A stretch of DNA of 64,000 bases from an uncultured delta proteobacterium (GCA_963843145.1 CAWJJC010000017.1:128001-192000); one strand, 5' to 3'; counted from the first letter of the stretch, positions 1 through 10,409 are shown. Notes: generated by a model from the letters alone, not told the origin. Translations and numbers: made by a program.

Positions 1-2583
1 ATATTCGGCAAAGGTTGTTGCCCGGATCTCACGCCATTCGGCGGCATCCTGGGAAACCATTATCTTCAGGTTACGGGGAGAATCGTACAAGGAATTATTT
101 AAAAACAAGGAAAGGCCGTTTACCGAATAGGTTCCGCCCAGACCTACTTGAAAGACCATTCCAGGCTCCTGGCCCCGAAGACTCCCCCACCGGGTCGAGG
201 GGTTCCCGTCAACAGCCAGACCGGCTTCCTTATTGTTCGTATTGGAAAAAACGTTGAATCGAGACGGTGAAAGGCGGAAGCCTTCCCTTGGGGGAAACAA
301 GGTAACGAGTTTTAAATTCTTACCATCGGGATTTTCTCCGGACTTTTCCAACTCCCCAAGATATAAGGCTCGCCCTAATAATTGATGGGCTTCTTCATTT
401 TCCGGGGCCAGACTGATGGCCGTCTGGGCCCACTTGATGACCTCCGGCCAGTTGACCTGCCTTTTTCGAAACGACGAGTTTGTGCCTGGAAAAAACGGAT
501 GAGGCCCGGTGGGATCATCCTCCCAGCGTTCCAGGGCTTGTCCGGCCCGAGCCAGGGCTGCCTCCACCTCCGGCCTGGGCGGGTCCGGTTGTTCCAGGGT
601 TTCATAGATAAACAATTCCGCAATGGTCCAGGTTTTGTTTGGATCTTCCGGTTGAAGGCGATTGGTTAAGCGCAGATAGCGCCCTTCCCGGGGCGGGAAA
701 CTAATTTGGATTCGGGGATTCTCATCCAAACGGGGCCGTCCTCCAACCCAAGTCATTCCGGTTAAGAAATACTGATCCCGGTTCACGGTATTCCAAACCT
801 GCCCGTCCCGGGAAATCTCCAGCCTTAGGGAGCCGGCCTCTCTGGACATTCCCGGCCAGGGCAGGAGGGATACCCGGCCCAAATTCCGGACCCGGCCCAG
901 ATCCACCTGCACCCATTCCCCAGGTTTTTCGGGGATTTCCCAGCCGGTCAGGATATCCCGGTCCTTCATCATTGCGGCATTTTCAGTGTTTTGACTTGTG
1001 GTAATCCGCCAATCCTTACTGGAAATGGCCCGGAGAGGAAAAGCCGGTTCCCTAAAATTGTACCAGACCACGTAATTCCCTTGCTCAAAACGGTCGAAAC
1101 TGCCGCCGATCAATTGCAAAGAGGCGGCCATGACCTCCGGCGGGGGATTGCCCAGTTCCCGATGCGTAATGATCGCCACCTTCCCGGCCGGAGCCTGATC
1201 CACGGCCCTGAGGTAATCATAATTGCGTTGGCCGGAATAATCGGCACAGATAATTTTTTCCTGGCTTTCAAACGTCAGGGGTTGGGAGATCCGGTTGTCG
1301 GCGTAGGCATATTGGATACCACGACCCTTCAAAGCCTTGATCAGCCCATCCACCGGACGATAGGGGTGGTCCTGATATTCCTGGAGGAAGAGAAAATGGA
1401 GAAAGAGGTTAAATCCAAAGAGGACGATCATCGCCCCGGCCCCAAGGCCCCGATGATAAGCCAGGATCTTATGCAGCCAAACCGCTATCAATATGGAAAA
1501 GGGAGCATAAAAAGTCAGTGAATAACGGAGAGACCCGGTGGCTCCCTGTTGACTGGTAGAAAAAACCAGGACCAAAATCCAGAAAACCGCCGCAACCAGG
1601 TCGATCGGTTCTTGAAAAGGATTGCGAAGGGAAATAATCCTTTGACCCCAGCGAAAAATAACGATCAGGGATAACACAAAGGGGGGCAAATAATAAACGG
1701 CCCAAATTGACCAGGCCAAAACCGACGGAACGCTCGGAAGCACGCTTTGGCCATCCCACCAGTCCCCCAAAAAAGACTGAAAAAAAGAATACCGAAGCAC
1801 ACCATAGATACGGGTCGGCAATTGATCAAAAATACCGATGCCTGTATGCCCGAAAAACCCGAAGGTGGAAAAATTATGCCGGATTTCCCAAAGCCAAAAG
1901 GGTAAGGATCCCAGTAGAAAACCGGCAAAACCCACCCCGGGAATCCGAGTAAGAAAGGTGCGCGGCCGGGCCATAGCCAGCCCGAGTCCGCAGGCCAGGA
2001 GAAAGGGAACCGATAACAGACTAGACCACCAGGCGAGACCGGCCAGAATTCCAATAAGACCGGCCAGGGCTACCTTATTTCTGGACGGCTGAAACGCCAG
2101 ATGGCAGGTGCCAAAAAGTATAAAACCGCCAAAGGCACAGGCTTCCTCATGGCCCCCGGTGGCTAATAGGGCAATGACGCTTAGGTAGAGAGGCGAAAAA
2201 GCCATGAAGGCGGCGGATAGCAGTCCGACCACCCATCCCCCGACCAGGGTTCCAATCTTATTGATGCAAACGATCAGAAAAGCAATGACTAAAATTCCGG
2301 TCAGATGAAGCGAAAAGGCCGTTGAGCCGAAGAGAAGAAATAGAAAACTGGCCAGATAGGCTTCCAAAGCCCCCATGTACGGCTGCCCCCAGAAAAAAAG
2401 CTGGAATTCGCCCCTTAAAATATGGAGAGCCATATTTCCGGTTACCGCCTCGTCATAGTAGGTCTCCGCGAAAACGGGGGAATGGGCCATGACGTAGCGG
2501 ATCACAAAATGAACTACGAGCAGGACCGACAATCCAAAACAAACCAGTGTGTGATGGGGGCACGTTTTAATTTTTATGGCCAT
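1..2583 (-). CDS. GT-C (ArnT/PMT, GT39-like) membrane glycosyltransferase with two discoidin (F5/8 type C)-like domains; 3' end lies outside the window
   Basis: Manual translation from ATG at 2583. The segments read (about 2583-2000 and 1080-1) are in one frame without stops. They include YYDEAVTGNMALHILRGEFQLFFWGQPYMGALEAY (GT-C loop) followed by TM helices, then DRDILTGW..PGEWVQVDLGR..LRLEISRDGQVW and AVDGNPSTRWGS..QEPGMVFQVGLG..IMVSQDAAEW. Probably absent from the ORF track because no stop falls inside the window. Confidence 0.8.
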   Translation of the reverse strand, partial: MAIKIKTCPHHTLVCFGLSVLLVVHFVIRYVMAHSPVFAETYYDEAVTGNMALHILRGEFQLFFWGQPYMGALEAYLASFLFLLFGSTAFSLHLTGILVIAFLIVCINKIGTLVGGWVVGLLSAAFMAFSPLYLSVIALLATGGHEEACAFGGFILFGTCHLAFQPSRNKVALAGLIGILAGLAWWSSLLSVPFLLACGLGLAMARPRTFLTRIPGVGFAGFLLGSLPFWLWEIRHNFSTFGFFGHTGIGIFDQLPTRIYGVLRYSFFQSFLGDWWDGQSVLPSVPSVLAWSIWAVYYLPPFVLSLIVIFRWGQRIISLRNPFQEPIDLVAAVFWILVLVFSTSQQGATGSLRYSLTFYAPFSILIAVWLHKILAYHRGLGAGAMIVLFGFNLFLHFLFLQEYQDHPYRPVDGLIKALKGRGIQYAYADNRISQPLTFESQEKIICADYSGQRNYDYLRAVDQAPAGKVAIITHRELGNPPPEVMAASLQLIGGSFDRFEQGNYVVWYNFREPAFPLRAISSKDWRITTSQNTENAAMMKDRDILTGWEIPEKPGEWVQVDLGRVRNLGRVSLLPWPGMSREAGSLRLEISRDGQVWNTVNRDQYFLTGMTWVGGRPRLDENPRIQISFPPREGRYLRLTNRLQPEDPNKTWTIAELFIYETLEQPDPPRPEVEAALARAGQALERWEDDPTGPHPFFPGTNSSFRKRQVNWPEVIKWAQTAISLAPENEEAHQLLGRALYLGELEKSGENPDGKNLKLVTLFPPREGFRLSPSRFNVFSNTNNKEAGLAVDGNPSTRWGSLRGQEPGMVFQVGLGGTYSVNGLSLFLNNSLYDSPRNLKIMVSQDAAEWREIRATTFAEY

Positions 2584-2726
2584 AAGATTCTTGGTCAAGG
2601 GCGGCACCGGATTTAAGGGGATGAATGATCACCTGATGAATTTATCACTTAATCCCCTCCTCCGCGAGCCTTTCGGTTTTTATGTCGGCCTGTGAATTCC
2701 TTGGCCGCACGTGGGAAAACTACTTC

Positions 2727-4820
2727 TTATCGGTGGAGCCGGAGATTTCTCAGCTCCGGGTTCTTGAGCCATCGCCAGAGGTCACCCACCCCCTGGGAGT
2801 TGCGCAACATCTTAACATAAATCGGCCAGTTCATACTCGGACGCATTTCACCGGGCAGTGCTCCCTGAAAATATTGAATGAACCAATAAAAGGTCAAGGC
2901 GATAAGAAAGGAGCCTATAACCATAACCGTCCTCTTGACCCAACGGCGTCGCACCGAGCTGAAAAAGGCGGCCAGGGGAATGGCAAACATCCCCAGGACA
3001 TCCACGAAGGCCCGGTGGCCAAAAGACCATCCGAAATACCAGAGGTACCAACTGGAGATGAGATAAAGTTGCAGAAGAAGGCAGACCGCAATGGGCCAGC
3101 GAAAGTCCTTTAAGCGACCCTGCATTCGGAAGAGGCCCAGAACAGCAAAGACCAGGATAGGGGACCAAATGAAAAGCCCATGATGGGGGCTGAAAAGGAC
3201 CTTGAATATTTGGGGGGAAAGAAAATAGAAATGTTCGAAGGGATAGGTATACGTACTGACGAAAAATCGGCCGGTGGCCAGCTTCCAAATGATCACCTGA
3301 GGGGAAAAGACCAGGCCGGCCACGGCTGCCAAAAGCAGCACCCGCTTTTTCTCCCGCCAGAGGAACCATATCTTTTCCTTGAGTGCCTCCCATCCGGTTA
3401 CTCCGTAAAGGGGTAAAAAAAGAAGCAAAAGGGCGTTGGTATTTCGAACCAGGGGGATCATCCCGCAGATCACCCCCAAAAGCGCGCTGTTCCCCCAGGA
3501 GGGATCGGCCGACCAGCGGGGAACCAACCAGAGGAAGAGGCAGACCAGGCAAAAGGAATAGGCGTGACTTAAACTCGACTCGACAGCGACGTAGGCCAGG
3601 AAGTTGGTTCCTAGATAAAGACTCAACAGAGTGATCAAAACGATTCGTGCTGAGAAATATTCGCTAAGGAGTTTGAACAGGAAGATCAGCCCCAGGAGCA
3701 TATAGGCGGTGGTGGCGGTATCCACTGCCAACTGGTAGGGCCAAGAAAAACCGTCGGGGGTCGATCCCAGGAAGGGTGTGACCAGATGGCCCAAAAGAAA
3801 AAAAGGGGCCTCCATTGCGGCCGTCCCTAAAGGATATTTGATCAGGTAGCGCCCGGTGGCGAGATAGCGCAAAAATCCCTCACCGGGATGGAGGTCCAGC
3901 CCCTGGGAGGGATAGTCATAGTGCCGGGTCGGTTCATAAAGGCTCTCCATGGAGAGGTCGTGGTAAATCAGATAGGAAGGCAGATAGGAGTAGTAACCGA
4001 GGCCGTCGCTCCAAATAGGAAGGATCGGGTGCTCCAGATGGTAAATCCAACTAAGGGCCGTGGTGAAAAGGGCCAGAGCCAGGAACAACATTTTCCAGCG
4101 TCTGTTGGGGAAAATCTTTCCGGCCCAGTACCGAACGTATAACCGGTGCAAGCCTAACCCGCCCGACAAGAGGATCCCGAACAAACAGAGATATTCCCCC
4201 CAGTAGACTGCGGTCAGCCAGGTTTCGATATTCCCCAACTCCAGGACGTTTAAATCATTCGGCCTTAAGGCCTGCCCCCCCTCCGGATAGGACCATTGAG
4301 GTTCGTTGGTTCCCAGAGAGCCTTTATTGATCTGTCCCGGCCCGTCGGCTTCGATGCGCAGCCACCCCGGCTGGCAGCGGTTCCTCAGGCGCAATTCCAA
4401 TAAATGGGGGCCCGGGGAAAGCCATTTTTGGGTCTCCCCGGATGGCCAGGAATTCAGGTCCGGCAAGGAAATTATCGATCGGCTGTCGATTAAAACAGCC
4501 CCATCTCTGCCCTCGCCGCTTAACCGGAGACGATAGATTCCCCCGTGGGGAACCTGCCAGACGGCGTAGGCGTTAAGGAAGGAAAGCGGCTTGTCCAGCG
4601 TTACTATCGGGGTGGACGAAATTTCGATGCGGTCTTGGGCCTTGAAATTCAGATCGTACCGATAAGACTCCACTCGAAATCCGGGCTTTCCGGGTTGAAC
4701 CTTGGGCAGGAGTACCCAGTGCCAGACCATTGGCCAGAGGGCGAAGTGGAGAAGCAGAAAAAACAGGCCTCCTCCCCCGATCATTACTCCGGTGATGGGT
4801 TTCCTTCGAACCGCCCACAT
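2727..4820 (-). CDS. Polytopic membrane GT-C-like glycosyltransferase with an N-terminal PA14-like periplasmic domain
   Basis: 697 aa. N-terminal TM, then a beta-rich region (WQVPHGGIYRLRLSG..GAVLID..WLSPGPHLLEL) resembling PA14, then WSDGLGYYSYLPS..KYPLGTA and more than 10 hydrophobic helices. Confidence 0.65.
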   Translation of the reverse strand: MWAVRRKPITGVMIGGGGLFFLLLHFALWPMVWHWVLLPKVQPGKPGFRVESYRYDLNFKAQDRIEISSTPIVTLDKPLSFLNAYAVWQVPHGGIYRLRLSGEGRDGAVLIDSRSIISLPDLNSWPSGETQKWLSPGPHLLELRLRNRCQPGWLRIEADGPGQINKGSLGTNEPQWSYPEGGQALRPNDLNVLELGNIETWLTAVYWGEYLCLFGILLSGGLGLHRLYVRYWAGKIFPNRRWKMLFLALALFTTALSWIYHLEHPILPIWSDGLGYYSYLPSYLIYHDLSMESLYEPTRHYDYPSQGLDLHPGEGFLRYLATGRYLIKYPLGTAAMEAPFFLLGHLVTPFLGSTPDGFSWPYQLAVDTATTAYMLLGLIFLFKLLSEYFSARIVLITLLSLYLGTNFLAYVAVESSLSHAYSFCLVCLFLWLVPRWSADPSWGNSALLGVICGMIPLVRNTNALLLLFLPLYGVTGWEALKEKIWFLWREKKRVLLLAAVAGLVFSPQVIIWKLATGRFFVSTYTYPFEHFYFLSPQIFKVLFSPHHGLFIWSPILVFAVLGLFRMQGRLKDFRWPIAVCLLLQLYLISSWYLWYFGWSFGHRAFVDVLGMFAIPLAAFFSSVRRRWVKRTVMVIGSFLIALTFYWFIQYFQGALPGEMRPSMNWPIYVKMLRNSQGVGDLWRWLKNPELRNLRLHR

Positions 4821-4997
4821 GCGAAAAAAAATCCTTTCAGTTTAGGAGCAGTGCCCCTCTAATTTAATCCCGGACGCTTTCTAACGACGGTCCGAAGCAT
4901 CCGAAAACAAACACGGGCCTGTTCCAGTCCAGGGGATCTTTCCCTTGGCCAGTTTAATAATCGCTTGACTTATAGCATAGAAACCCATAATAATTGA

Positions 4998-5019
4998 CTA
5001 ATTATAACATTGTAATTAG
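4998..5019. promoter_or_regulatory. Palindromic operator candidate CTAATTATAA-CA-TTGTAATTAG
   Basis: 9/10 inverted repeat in the AT-rich divergent intergenic region, 26 nt upstream of a putative DNA-binding protein gene. Confidence 0.45.
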
Positions 5020-5045
5020 GGATGACAAGCTGAATTTCCAAATTT

Positions 5046-5546
5046 ATGGACATGCTCGCTAAAGAAAAAATGAACGCCGGCGGGCGGCCGCCAAAATTTC
5101 GTGAGCCCCGTCGTCCGGTAACTATGACGCTGCCGGAGCGCATCCTGGAGCGTCTGGCCGAGATTGATCCGGACCGAAGTTGCGCCGTGGTCAAGGCCAC
5201 CGAGGCGGTGGTGGGAACCGGGCGAGGACATATCCAGCCGCTGGAACTTATTGAAATGGCCCCCGGCAAGTCCCTGATCGTAGTCGGCCCAAGCCAAGCC
5301 TTGAGAAAAATACCCTGCCTGAAATTGATCGAAATTACCCCGGCCCGATATCTGTTGACCATTCCCTCCGGCATGTCGATTGAATCCTTGGAGGTAACCC
5401 TGCGCGACTTGATTCTCAATCCGGAGTTACGGGAAAAAGAGCACGAATACGGTATCCTGCATGAACTGCTGAATTTGATCGGTCACCAGCGACGTGCCCA
5501 ACGCCTGTCCAAGGAGGAAATCCTGATCATCAACTCGGACTCCTAG
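5046..5546 (+). CDS. Hypothetical protein with an N-terminal GRP motif and ribbon-helix-helix-like DNA-binding region
   Basis: 166 aa; GGRPPKF..RPVTMTLPERILERLAEID is an RHH/CopG-like pattern; the C-terminal domain is not recognised. Confidence 0.55.
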   Translation: MDMLAKEKMNAGGRPPKFREPRRPVTMTLPERILERLAEIDPDRSCAVVKATEAVVGTGRGHIQPLELIEMAPGKSLIVVGPSQALRKIPCLKLIEITPARYLLTIPSGMSIESLEVTLRDLILNPELREKEHEYGILHELLNLIGHQRRAQRLSKEEILIINSDS

Positions 5547-5697
5547 TCCAAAATTCTCTCCCTTCCCTTTAGACTCCATCCGGAAAACCACATATTTTAT
5601 CCATCCTTCGACGTTGCCCGGAGGATCCCGACAGGGTATCGGATAAACCCTGTTTCCATATTCCTTGCCTTTTCTGATGAAATTGTTTTATTAATAC

Positions 5698-6711
5698 ATG
5701 GGCAAAAAAAGCTATTGGGCCGGTTTCCTCATCAGTGTCATTTTCCTAATCCTTTTTTTACGAAAAATCGATTGGCAAACGGTGGGGATTATCCTCGGCC
5801 AGGTTAAATTAATCTATATCCTTCCCCTGATGGCGGTAAATCTGTTGACCACCCTGATCCGGGCCATACGGTGGGGGGTCCTCCTCCGTCCGCTGAAAGC
5901 CATCCCCCTGGGCGAGTTGTATACCGCCACGGGCATAGGCTTCATGGCCAATTACCTGCTGCCGGCCCGGGTCGGGGAATTTGTCCGGGCCTTTCTTCTG
6001 GGAAGCCGGGCACAGATCAGCAAGACGGCCTCCTTTGCCACCATCGTGGTGGAAAAGGTCTTCGACGGATTTACCGTGATGGTCATGTTTCTGGTCGTCC
6101 TCTTTTTAATGCCCTTCCCGACCGGACATGTTTCTTTTTTCAATGAGCGCAATATCAAGCTGGTGGGACTCCTGAGTTTTGCCTTCTATCTCTCGGTCCT
6201 GGGAATCCTGCTACTGATGTTTTTTCATAACCAGCGGATCAACCGGCTGTTTGATTTTCTGCTGAAACCCTTTCCACCTCATCTGGCCTTGAAGGTCCGG
6301 AGAAAAGTGGACGCCTTTATATTCGGTCTGGGCATCCTCAGAAACCTCCGGGATATCGCCCTCATCTCTTTTTATTCGGCCCTGGTTTGGGCGATCAGTA
6401 TTCTGCTCGGTTATTTTCTTTTTTTCCCTTTTGGGATTCATTTGTCCCTGCTCTCTGCCGTCTTTTTAACGGTTATCCTGGTCTTTGGGGTGAGCATCCC
6501 TTCGGCCCCGGGATTTATCGGGACCTTCCATTGGGCCTGTGCCGCCGCCCTCATGTTCCTCGGGGTGGAGGCGAACCTGGCCAAAAGCTACGCCATAATT
6601 TTATGGTTCATCAGTTTTATCCCTATCACTGGCCTGGGCCTTTTTCTGCTCTGGAAAGAGGGGCTTTCTTTCAAGGTGCTGAAAACGGATGATTCGGAGC
6701 AAGTCTCTTAG
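5698..6711 (+). CDS. Lysylphosphatidylglycerol synthase TM / UPF0104 flippase-like membrane protein
   Basis: 337 aa hydrophobic protein with RAIRW, GFMANYLLPARVGEFVR, VVEKVFD and IPSAPGFIGTF motifs. Confidence 0.9.
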   Translation: MGKKSYWAGFLISVIFLILFLRKIDWQTVGIILGQVKLIYILPLMAVNLLTTLIRAIRWGVLLRPLKAIPLGELYTATGIGFMANYLLPARVGEFVRAFLLGSRAQISKTASFATIVVEKVFDGFTVMVMFLVVLFLMPFPTGHVSFFNERNIKLVGLLSFAFYLSVLGILLLMFFHNQRINRLFDFLLKPFPPHLALKVRRKVDAFIFGLGILRNLRDIALISFYSALVWAISILLGYFLFFPFGIHLSLLSAVFLTVILVFGVSIPSAPGFIGTFHWACAAALMFLGVEANLAKSYAIILWFISFIPITGLGLFLLWKEGLSFKVLKTDDSEQVS

Positions 6712-6774
6712 CCGGAGATTCGGGAACGCTCCCTTAGAGGTCGAAAGAGTTCAAGCTTTGCAGGTTTATTAAGA

Positions 6775-7482
6775 GTGATGATAAAAAAAGTATCCATCCC
6801 TGTACGGCAACAAGACCAGGTTTCCGCTAAAATTTCCGTCCCCGCTGATTTCAGACCCGGCCGAGACCCGGGGATCATCCTGGCCCACGGGGCGGGGAAT
6901 GATATGGAAAATCCCTTGCTGGTCTATCTGGCCGAAGGTTTAGCCCGGGCGGGCATGTTAGCGCTTCGCTTCAACTTCCCGTACAAGGATGCCGGAAGGA
7001 CCGCGCCGGACAAACCGGAGGTCCTGGAGGCCACCTGGCAGGCGGCTTTTGATTTCCTGAGCCGGCAAACCCGATATCGCCCGGCTTTCATCGTGGCGGC
7101 CGGAAAATCCATGGGCGGGCGGATTGCTTCTCAAGCGGCCGCTGCCGGTCGGCTTCCGGTCCGAGGGCTTATTTTTTACGGCTACCCGCTCCACCCGCCG
7201 GGCCATCCGGAAAAACTCCGGGACGCCCACCTGTATTCCTTGTCGATCCCGATGTTTTTCTTCGAAGGCACCCGTGACCCCTTCTGCGATCTGAAGATTC
7301 TCGAGGACGTCCTGAAAAAAGTAACCGCGCCCTGGGAATGGGAAATCATCGAAGGCGGGGATCACTCTTTTAAGGTACCAAAATCCAAGGGATTGACGAT
7401 TCAAGCCGTTTACCGGACAATTTTAGACAAGACCGTTGAAATCCTTAAGACCGGATTTCTTGACAAAGCGGGTCAGGCTTAG
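6775..7482 (+). CDS. Alpha/beta hydrolase (KANL3/Tex30, dienelactone hydrolase-like)
   Basis: LAHGAG, GKSMGGR nucleophile elbow, GYPLHPPG, GTRDPF, GGDHSF. Confidence 0.9.
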   Translation: MMIKKVSIPVRQQDQVSAKISVPADFRPGRDPGIILAHGAGNDMENPLLVYLAEGLARAGMLALRFNFPYKDAGRTAPDKPEVLEATWQAAFDFLSRQTRYRPAFIVAAGKSMGGRIASQAAAAGRLPVRGLIFYGYPLHPPGHPEKLRDAHLYSLSIPMFFFEGTRDPFCDLKILEDVLKKVTAPWEWEIIEGGDHSFKVPKSKGLTIQAVYRTILDKTVEILKTGFLDKAGQA

Positions 7483-7596
7483 TTGTTGATCCGCAATGAA
7501 CCCTAGCCAAAAAACATTTTTATTTCAGATTTTTGCATCCATTGTTAGAGACAAATTCTCAGAACAATGGATGTAAAAATCTAAGGAGACTTATTT

Positions 7597-9249
7597 ATGC
7601 CCTTGCATCCATTGGCCGGGAAGCCGGCTCCCCGGGAAATATTGGTCAATGTACCCTGCTTGATCACGGCTTATTTTCTGGAACACCCGGAGGATGACCA
7701 GCCGGACCAGCGGGTCGCCTTCGGAACTTCCGGGCACCGCGGTTCCTCCTTCAAAAAAAGCTTTAACGAAGATCACATCCTGGCCGTCACCCAGGCCATC
7801 TGCGATTACCGGGCAGCGAACGGCATCCAAGGGCCTTTATTTTTAGGTATGGATACGCACGCCCTTTCCGAACCCAGCCAGGCCACGGCCCTTGAGGTGC
7901 TGGCCGCCAACGCGGTCCCCGTGCGGATCGCCCACGGTCACGGCTACACCCCTACCCCGGTCATTTCCCATGCCATCCTGGTTTATAATCGGGGGCGGTC
8001 CGAAGGTTTAAGCGACGGGATCGTGATCACGCCCTCGCACAACCCGCCGGACGACGGGGGTATCAAGTACAACCCGCCGCATGGAGGGCCGGCCGAGACC
8101 GCCGTCACCCGTTGGATTGAAGACCGGGCCAATGCACTGCTGCGGCAAGGCAATCAAGAGGTGAAGCGAATCCTCTATTCCCGGGCTATTCGCGGGACCA
8201 TGATCCGGGAACTTGACTTTATCGGCCCCTACGTGGAAGACCTGAAAAACAGTATCGATCTCGAAGTCATTCGCTCCGCCGGCCTGCGCATCGGGGTCGA
8301 TCCCCTGGGTGGGGCCTCCATTGCTTACTGGGAACCCATCGCCCAAAAATACGGATTAAAAATAGACCTGGTCAATCCGGTGGTGGACCCGACCTTTTCT
8401 TTTATGTCCGTGGACAAGGACGGCAAAATCCGGATGGACTGCTCTTCGCCCTACGCGATGGCCGGCCTGATCCAACTGAAAGACCGGTACGACATCGCCT
8501 TCGGCAACGATGCCGACTGCGACCGCCACGGCATCGTCTGTCCCGGCGAAGGCCTGATGAATCCCAACCACTACCTTTCGGTGGCAGTCTGGTATCTCTT
8601 CCAGAACCGGCCCGGATGGCCGCGGACGGCGGCCGTGGGCAAGACCCTGGTCAGCAGCAGCCTTATCGATCGCGTGGCCGTCCACCTGAAACGGCCTTTG
8701 GCCGAGGTCCCGGTCGGTTTCAAGTGGTTCGTCGAAGGATTAAAAAAGGGGGAGTACGGCATCGGGCTGGAAGAGAGCGCCGGGGCGTCCTTCTTGAGGC
8801 TGGACGGCACGGTCTGGTCCACGGACAAGGACGGGATTATCTTGGACCTGCTGGCCGCGGAGATCACGGCCCGGACCGGAAAAGACCCGGGCGTTCTATA
8901 CCAGGAATTGACCCGACAATTCGGTGCGCCCCTGTACGAGCGGATGGACGCCCCGGCCAACCCTGCCCAAAAGGAAATCTTAAGCCGGCTTTCGCCGGAA
9001 CAGATCACCGCGGATACCCTGGCCGGTGAACCTATCCTGGCCAAGCTGACCAAAGCCCCGGCCAACCAGGCCCCCATCGGCGGATTAAAGGTGGTCACCG
9101 AAAACGGTTGGTTCGCCGCCCGGCCTTCCGGCACCGAAGACATTTATAAAATTTACACCGAGAGCTTCAAGGGGCCGGAACATTTGGCCCAAATCCAGGC
9201 GGAGGCCCAGGAGATCGTCCGTCAGGCCTTTCAGTCGGCAGGTGTTTAA
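7597..9249 (+). CDS. pgm: Phosphoglucomutase (alpha-D-glucose-1,6-bisphosphate-dependent)
   Basis: [16 protein letters not shown] (phospho-Ser), DADCDRHG metal loop, GLEESAG, RPSGTE. Confidence 0.96.
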   Translation: MPLHPLAGKPAPREILVNVPCLITAYFLEHPEDDQPDQRVAFGTSGHRGSSFKKSFNEDHILAVTQAICDYRAANGIQGPLFLGMDTHALSEPSQATALEVLAANAVPVRIAHGHGYTPTPVISHAILVYNRGRSEGLSDGIVITPSHNPPDDGGIKYNPPHGGPAETAVTRWIEDRANALLRQGNQEVKRILYSRAIRGTMIRELDFIGPYVEDLKNSIDLEVIRSAGLRIGVDPLGGASIAYWEPIAQKYGLKIDLVNPVVDPTFSFMSVDKDGKIRMDCSSPYAMAGLIQLKDRYDIAFGNDADCDRHGIVCPGEGLMNPNHYLSVAVWYLFQNRPGWPRTAAVGKTLVSSSLIDRVAVHLKRPLAEVPVGFKWFVEGLKKGEYGIGLEESAGASFLRLDGTVWSTDKDGIILDLLAAEITARTGKDPGVLYQELTRQFGAPLYERMDAPANPAQKEILSRLSPEQITADTLAGEPILAKLTKAPANQAPIGGLKVVTENGWFAARPSGTEDIYKIYTESFKGPEHLAQIQAEAQEIVRQAFQSAGV

Positions 9250-9287
9250 GTCAAAAGTCCGCTTGGAGTATTTTTCAGGGATGATAG

Positions 9288-9326
9288 CCCCCCCTCCCTT
9301 GACGGGAGGGGGTCGGGGGGTGGGTG
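9288..9326. repeat. REP-like palindrome CCCCCTCCC-TTGAC-GGGAGGGGG with a G-rich tail
   Basis: 9-bp perfect stem downstream of pgm, followed by TCGGGGGGTGGGTG. Confidence 0.6.
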
Positions 9327-9372
9327 AATCCTCAAAGATCCACTCCGTCAGTCCAGAAAAAGGAATCCTTAG

Positions 9373-9908
9373 ATGGAAATCAAAAACCGCTCCAGGTCCC
9401 GGCAGCGAATCATCTCCCTGAGTTGTTTTCTGTTTTTATGGCTCCTCTGGACGTTGCCTTCGGCCCAGGCAACCCTTGTCTCGCTGGACGATTACGATCG
9501 AAAATCTGGGGGATCCGTACGGGAACAAGATTTTCTGGATAACCTGGGATATCGTACTGACCGAGATAAACGGCGGGTGGGGAATGTTCTTTTGCCGATA
9601 ACAGCATGCAGATCCTGTTTTGATTTCTGGACGACGGTCGGTTGATCCGATTTTCCGGACCGCCCGCCGTCGACACCCTCGTACCCGTGGGGACCTTCCA
9701 GGCGGAGACGCGGTACACGGTTCGGTTCGAGTACGACCTGGTATCCAATTGCTTTTCGGCGTCCCTGAACGGCGTTCGGGTTGTCAATCGGGAACCCATC
9801 CCCGACCACTTTAACGTCGACGCCATCGACAAATTCGGATTCGACATCAATCAAAAGATTGCCCTTCCCGACCTACCCCCGGCCCAGGGCAATATATATT
9901 ACATATAA
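9373..9908 (+). pseudogene. Fragmented secreted-protein gene (signal peptide ending AQA, beta-rich remainder)
   Basis: Two overlapping frames (9373-9645 and 9642-9908); RBS AAGGA upstream; ends abruptly at the low-GC gene 9915-10355. Confidence 0.4.
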
Positions 9909-9914
9909 CTAAGG

Positions 9915-10355
9915 TCATTTTTGCGGCCCGGCACCAATCTTAAATTTTCCGTTGAAATACCTTTCTCTTATTTCTTTGGCTTCAGAGGCCCACTTTTCAA
10001 GTCCTTTGTTTTTAATAGCTGCTAAGTTATAGATCTTTAAATTATGAGGGTACTTCTCAGCGCCTTCTGCTAACGGTTGTAATTTTGAACAGGGGAAGTC
10101 ATGGCACTCGTAGCAGAAGTCCACGTTTTTCAATTTCACACATTCTAGTGTTTCACATTTGCCAGTGATCATTGTACATCCTGATATTCGGCAACCTTTA
10201 CAAAGCAATTTCTCTTTTGTCAGTCCTTGGGAAACAAACGCAGTTTTTCTATCTCCGGACATCGTATCAAAGAAAGAATCAATATTCGTGTAATATAATT
10301 CGCAGTTAAAGCAATCAATTCCACAAACCGCCGTGCTTAATTTAAGGTCGTCCAT
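9915..10355 (-). CDS. Cys-rich DUF3795-type protein
   Basis: CGIDCFNC..CKGC..C..C..C..FCYECHDFPC pattern; visibly more AT-rich than the flanks. Confidence 0.8.
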   Translation of the reverse strand: MDDLKLSTAVCGIDCFNCELYYTNIDSFFDTMSGDRKTAFVSQGLTKEKLLCKGCRISGCTMITGKCETLECVKLKNVDFCYECHDFPCSKLQPLAEGAEKYPHNLKIYNLAAIKNKGLEKWASEAKEIRERYFNGKFKIGAGPQK

Positions 10356-10409
10356 TTCATTCTCCTGGGTTAATTGTTTCAGCTCAAAGGAATTTTAAAA
10401 TTGCCGATG

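Noticed and set aside
15-2616. The many short ORFs in the track at the window start
   Set aside because: All overlap the single long minus-strand ORF (2583 to beyond base 1) that explains the region.
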